A stretch of 57,225 nt of DNA, the filler included, from Dugesia japonica (lineage: Eukaryota): NCBI GenBank assembly GCA_001938525.1. It is 5 parts of 5 records of this genome, joined end to end, with 100 filler letters (N's around TTAATTAATTAA, not from the genome) between each part and the next. Parts side by side here need not be neighbours in the genome. Positions count along the whole stretch, not along the records: positions 48,188 to 57,225 come from MQRL01541021.1; 4 more parts are not named here. One strand, written 5' to 3'. Both the position numbers and the translations under genes were made by a program. Every line of letters starts with the position of its first letter. Positions within the stretch are counted from its first letter, which is position 1. Under the pieces are notes generated by a model, which was not told where the DNA came from, ran no database searches, and was given only the letters and a program-made list of their open reading frames with translations. Below are positions 52,891 to 57,225 of this stretch, in pieces.

Positions 52891-53477
52891 TTTATGATAT
52901 TTTTAATAAATATATTATTTAAACAAAATCTAATTTAATCAATTTAATATAAATTTAAATAAAATATAGTATGCTACAAAACTGATAGGCAAAACAATTT
53001 TTTNNNNNNNNNNNNNNNNNNNNNNNNNNNNNNNNNNNNNNNNNNNNNTTGGAAAAAACGTCCCTAGAGTTGAATATTTTTATGACAGGGCTGAAATATA
53101 AATGAAACTTTCAACTCCGGAGACTTTTTTTGTCATTATTTAACTTATTAAGACACAATAGGAATGATTAGTAACATTGTCGAAATCATAATCAAAATCA
53201 TTTTTTTTCTTTCTGATTTAAAGGTATCAACGCTGTAGCAAAATAATTTCAAAATTGATTCAAAGTAATGAAATNNNNNNNNNNNNNNNNNNNNNNNNNN
53301 NNNNNNNNNNNNNNNNNNNNNNNNNNNNNNNNNNNNNNTTCAACCTAACAATGGGTTTATACAATTTCTATTTATTTGACATGAAACTTTTGTTTTAAAG
53401 CTAAAAATTTGATTATAAAATTTTCAAAATGGAATTTTTTTTTAAAGACACCAAGAAAATTCTATTTAAAGATGTTA

Positions 53478-53939
<462 letters not shown>

Positions 53940-54259
53940 TTAATATATGAATGTAAAATAATAAAAAAATAAAATTAACTTTTTATCGAAAATAAAATGA
54001 AATAAATAATTTTCTAATGGGGATTTTAATTTGATATTTTACTAGTAGAATTATTGAGTTAGAAATAATGACAGAAGAAGTTTTACATTGATTACCTTTT
54101 TAAAAAGATATTAAAAATTTATTTATTTTAAAAAATTAAGTTATTTTTTTTCAATTGATTTCGTAAATATAAATTCAAAATAAAAAATATTTAAAAAATC
54201 TTTACTAAATTGATTATTAAAGTGTAAATTAGAAAAATTTTATAAAATATATAAGAGTT

Positions 54260-54473
54260 TTACAATTGCAATTATTGTGAGAATAATTGTTGAACGTAAC
54301 CATTGATCGCTTTTCAGAATTCATTAAAATGAAAGCTTCGATAGAAATTTGTTTTTTTGGTTTTTGATAATAATTCTAAAAAGTCAATTCCTGACGAAGA
54401 CAAAGTCGAAATTTAGAATTATTATCAAAAACCAAAAAAACAAATTTTGATCGGAGCTTTTATTTTTATGAAA
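54260..54473. mobile_element. Palindromic Penelope-like pLTR insertion
   Basis: Inverted arms; 9-bp TSD ataagagtt (54251-54259 / 54474-54482). Confidence 0.8.
54385..54421 (+). ncRNA. Minimal type-I hammerhead ribozyme
   Basis: caattc-CTGACGA-a-gac-aaa-gtc-GAAA-tt-TA-gaatta. Confidence 0.75.
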
Positions 54474-56259
54474 ATAAGAGTTGTGGAAATATTTTCATCA
54501 ATTTTTATGAAACTCAAATTTCATGTTTGAATTTTTTTGGGTTTGTAAAGAAAATCAACATATTCATTTTTAAAAAAACCTATATTATAACCAACGTAAC
54601 CATTGTACAAATATTTTACTCAAAAAAATTATATAACTCACAAGTTATATTCGCAAAACTACAGTACTGCTAAGTCGTATAAATTCATCATTTAACGTAA
54701 ATCGTAATATGTATATTGAGAAATAAAAGTACCATACCCAAAATATTCAAAACTAAAAATATGAAATAAATCCCAANTGTATACACCATATACCATACAT
54801 CATAGTCACAATAAATAAATATACTGCGTATATAAAAAACTATCTATTGATCTTTAATTTAATATATTAATAACTCACTATTAGACACCAAAAAATTGTC
54901 AAAAACAAGAAAATATACTACTATTAATTTGCAAAACAAAACTAATAAAATGAATATACGATCATGTTATGTTATTTTAATCATTTTAATATTATTTTCA
55001 ATAGTTACAAATCCTAAATCATAAAATGCCAGCAGCCTAAATTGAAATTCGATTTATATTATAAGGAAAAACTATAAAAAGAGCAAATATGAAATTTATA
55101 AAATTAATAAATAAAAATTTTATTAAAAAGTAGGAAAAAATTAAAGTTAAAAAAAAGTTAAAACATTAAAGAATCCACGAGTCACAAAATTGATGTAGAA
55201 ATAGTAAAGTAGGCCTAGTGATAGCAGCAGAATATAAGTAGAATTTTAAAAACCCGAATAAATAAATTTTTTTTTCATTTAATTTTTATTTTTGATAATT
55301 TATACAATTATATTTGACAATTCAATTTTTCATTAAATTATGTTTAAATCGACTATATATACCCGGTTTTCCGCCTAGAATAACAGGAAATTTTTAAAAG
55401 TAATATTTCAAAAAATGTAAAATATAAGTCAGTTTTCATTTTCGTGTAAGAAAAATAATTTTCCCATCTGACATTTTTATTCAAATAAAATTTAATGAAT
55501 CGCATCAATTTTTATTATACTACTTAATTTCTACTAATGCAATACTTTTTTTAAAATGAATATATAAGTAATATAGCAATGATTATATACACTTCTCTTT
55601 TTTAATTGATAAAATTTTAAGCAATTTTTGAAATATGTAAATGTCATAAAATTGTAATTTCGTGAAATTTAATTTATTTCAAGATATTTTGAAATAGATT
55701 TAAAATTTCAATTAAGAGAAAATTAACCTTGAATATGCAACAAACATGAAGTTAATTTTATACGGATTTTGCTAAGATAGCGGACACCAATGGTTATTTT
55801 TTGAAATTCTCAATATTTTAGAACTAGTAGTTGTTTATTATTTAAAAAATCATTATTTATTAGCGGTATCTTCCTTAATATCAGACAAATTCATCACATA
55901 GATTTATTAAAATTATAATGTTACACAATTCCTGTCAATTAATTGTTCAACAATAAAAATTACNAACTTTATAAGTTAACTAATTGATTAAAATAAAAAT
56001 GACCACCACTCTAATATTCAAATTCTTAGACAAACAAGATCTCCGATTATAAAAACGTGACCTTCATAATGAAAAATTCAATTTTAATTTTAAATATAAT
56101 TCATAATTTTATACATAATTAACACTTAAAGAACCACTATACTTAGTTTACATTCTTACATTTAGTATTAGTTGATACTTCAAAAATTAATTTAATAGAA
56201 AAATTCTTGTATATAATTTTTTCCTACTTTTAAAAATATCTATATTAATAGTTTTTTAA

Positions 56260-57225
56260 CAGTGGGTGGTTTGAAAAGTTTTAGAAACAACAGGGTTAAT
56301 TTAACAATATAGCAAAAATTTATAAGCCATTTTAATATTTCATCTTTAATACTAACATATTTATAATAGCATAACCATATGTAAAGTCATTTGTTTAAAT
56401 TACTTATTTTAATTTGACTTGCCGACATTAATTTTAAAATGGAAAAAATTGAATTTAGAACTATCATAAAATTCTTTGTCCTGGAAGGATTATTCACAAC
56501 GGAAATCCATACAAAGATGGTCAAAGTATTAAAAGAAGGGGCTAATTCTTTTTCAACAGTTCACAGATGGGCTTTGAAGTTTCGATGTGGTCATATGAGG
56601 ATTGAAGATGATCGACGCTGTGGACGCCCAAAACCATGACAACACCACAAATCATTCAAGAAATACATGATATTGTGTTGAATAATAGACGGATAAAGGT
56701 TAGAGAAATAGCTTCTGCCACAGGCATTTCAGATGAACGAGTTTGACATATTTTGCATGAAGATGAAAAAGCTTTGTGCAAGATGGGTGTCCATCAGCTA
56801 ACAATCGATGAAAAGCGCATTCGAATGAAATTTTCTATATCATGCCTGGATAGATTTAATCATAATAAAACGAATTTCATAAGTCGTCTCGTAACTATGG
56901 ATGAAACTTGTACCCACTACTACACACCAGAGACAAAAGCACAATTCAAACAGTGGATGGAAGCTGGTTCGAATGCACTAAAGAAGGCCAAGATGGTTTT
57001 GTCAGCAGGGAAGGTTATGACATCTGTATTTTGGGATGCAAAATGAATTTTGTTATTAAAATACCCTGAAAAAGGAAAAACAATCAACTCCCAGTATTAT
57101 GTATGCCTACTGGACCCATTCGACGACAAAATTCGTGGAAAACGACCAGGTTTGCAGAAGAAAAAAAATCATTTTTCTGCAAGACAACGCACCTGCTCAC
57201 AAAATCACTTTGACCATGACAAAAT
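56260..57225 (+). mobile_element. mariner (Himar1/irritans-like) transposon, decayed, runs off the window
   Basis: MEKIEFRTIIKF...EDDRRCGRPK, LVTMDET.THYYTPE, SAGKVMTSVFWDA and QDNAPAH, with frameshifts. TIR-like gggtggtttgaaaagtt at ~56264. Confidence 0.9.

Overview
Very AT-rich, repeat-dense eukaryotic DNA. The ~45-60 nt introns, transposon spectrum and 18S fragment suggest a triclad planarian (inference). The window is not contiguous: four artificial 100-bp spacers (N44-TTAATTAATTAA-N44) join five independent scaffolds (1-11593, 11694-20723, 20824-31800, 31901-48087, 48188-57225). Host genes recognised: two USP7 exons, an ankyrin-repeat gene and a Ras/RGK-type GTPase exon. The rest is mostly transposon debris (Ty3/Gypsy, an RLE-type LINE, hAT, pogo, Tc1/IS630, rosa-like, mariner, MITEs), a Maverick/Polinton major capsid fragment and an 18S rRNA pseudogene. 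Two signals stand out. (1) A compact virus-like cassette (35986-37582) carries a minimal intronless TATA-binding-protein homologue plus small spliced orphan genes. It is bounded by two copies of an iterated terminal-like block and abuts a 3-kb foldback built from the same repeats, suggesting a TBP-carrying mobile or viral element. (2) About nine short, mostly palindromic Penelope-like pLTR insertions occur, most carrying minimal type-I hammerhead ribozyme motifs. One is attached to a GIY-YIG endonuclease remnant, and several inversion breakpoints fall at the ribozyme. All calls come from reading the sequence by eye; no searches were run and many boundaries are approximate.
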